Assembly: GCA_046758965.1 (NCBI GenBank)
Contig: JBHIBG010000001.1
Location: 32,001 to 96,000 of the forward strand
Origin: Candidatus Methylomirabilia bacterium
GTDB taxonomy: Bacteria; Methylomirabilota; Methylomirabilia; Rokubacteriales; CSP1-6
Length of the DNA: 64,000 nucleotides
Direction: 5' to 3'
Shown here piece by piece: positions 63,140-64,000 of the stretch (positions within the stretch are counted from its first letter, which is position 1; every line of letters begins with the position of its first letter). Under the pieces are notes generated by a model. It saw only the letters and a program-made list of their open reading frames with translations. It did not search any database and was not told the origin of the DNA. A program made the translations under genes and the position numbers.

Positions 63140-64000
63140 CGATACCCTTCCTCGCGGTCCCGCTCGATGAGATCGGCGGCACGAGCCGCCCGAGCGCCAT
63201 AGCCGCCCCCTCCCGAAGTTTCGATGGTCACGAGGTCTCCGGGCCGGAGCGAGAGCGTCTCTTTCCCTTTCACCTCTCGGACCTCGCCGTCCCGCTCGAG
63301 CGTGATCCGGTACGGCGAGCCGTCTGCCCCCTCGAAGGCTCCCCATGGGGCGACGACGCGACGCTCGAGCATCGTCGTCAGCGTTGCCTCTCCCAAAACC
63401 CGGTAGGCGCGCACCTGCCCGAGGCCTCCGCAGTGCGCGCCGGCCCCGCCGCTCCCGGTCCTGAGCTCGTGACGGAGAACCTCGATCGGATACTCGCCCT
63501 CGATGACCTCGGTCGGGGTGTTCATGACGTTGGAGAGGTGCACGCGCACCGCATGGGCGCCATCGCGGTGATGAGCCGCCCCTTCCCCCCCTCCATGGAC
63601 CTCGTAGAGGATGTACCACCGACCATCCCGTTTCCCCCCGAAAAGGAGCAGGCCCGAGGTCGTCGGCCCTCCCGCCGTGATCCGGTCGGGGATGCCGGGA
63701 GCCAGGGCTTTGAAAACCGCATCCACGACCCGCTGAGAGGTCTCGTGGTTTCCTCCCACCACCGGGGCGTCCGGCGAAGGGTTGAGGACCGTCCCGGGCG
63801 GCACCGCGACACGGATCGGTCGGTAGCAGCCGTCATTGGCGGGGATCTCCGGCCCCACCAGCGCCTTGAGACTGTAGTAGACGGCCGAGCAGGCCACATA
63901 GGGGGTGGTGTTCACCGGCCCCTTCACCTGAGCTCCTGTTCGTGCGAAGTCAAAGCTCGCGCTATCGCCGCTGATCGTCACCCGGACCCGCACAGGAATC
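63136..64000 (-). CDS. Hydantoinase B/oxoprolinase family protein (N-terminus outside window)
   Basis: P.NDGCY, HETSQR, GGGEGA..DG, NTPTEVIE, SGGGGYG. Confidence 0.92.
   Translation of the reverse strand, partial: IPVRVRVTISGDSASFDFARTGAQVKGPVNTTPYVACSAVYYSLKALVGPEIPANDGCYRPIRVAVPPGTVLNPSPDAPVVGGNHETSQRVVDAVFKALAPGIPDRITAGGPTTSGLLLFGGKRDGRWYILYEVHGGGEGAAHHRDGAHAVRVHLSNVMNTPTEVIEGEYPIEVLRHELRTGSGGAGAHCGGLGQVRAYRVLGEATLTTMLERRVVAPWGAFEGADGSPYRITLERDGEVREVKGKETLSLRPGDLVTIETSGGGGYGARAARAADLIERDREEGYR

Overview
High-GC bacterial chromosomal segment. The gene repertoire (two class III cyclase-TPR proteins, several xanthine-oxidase-family modules, GuaB3, class V FBPase) would fit Ca. Rokubacteria/Methylomirabilota, but this is inference only. 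Left arm (1-20 kb, mostly + strand): housekeeping genes valS, birA, coaX, guaB3-guaA and dnaE, the last carrying a 421-aa LAGLIDADG intein. It also holds a MITE-like element, a SorC/CggR-family regulator divergent from an unusually long FBP aldolase/phosphatase, and a DUF151 gene coupled to an orphan PaaA-like diiron protein. A dif-like XerCD site lies at 21272-21299, where housekeeping gene orientation flips from + to -. It sits at the start of an accessory zone (20-39 kb) rich in internally deleted pseudogenes and containing a secreted SH3-EEP protein with degenerate catalytic motifs. Right arm (39-64 kb, mostly - strand): an HcrCAB-like aromatic-CoA cluster with two PaaK-type ligases, a surE-pcm-tRNA-Pro-acylphosphatase-RpoS-like operon, a 2-kb islet at tRNA-Pro(GGG) marked by a decayed att duplicate, an integrase remnant, and a second molybdo-hydroxylase cluster. 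Three intact tRNAs were found. No CRISPR array or rRNA was seen. All calls come from motif recognition by eye; no database searches were run.
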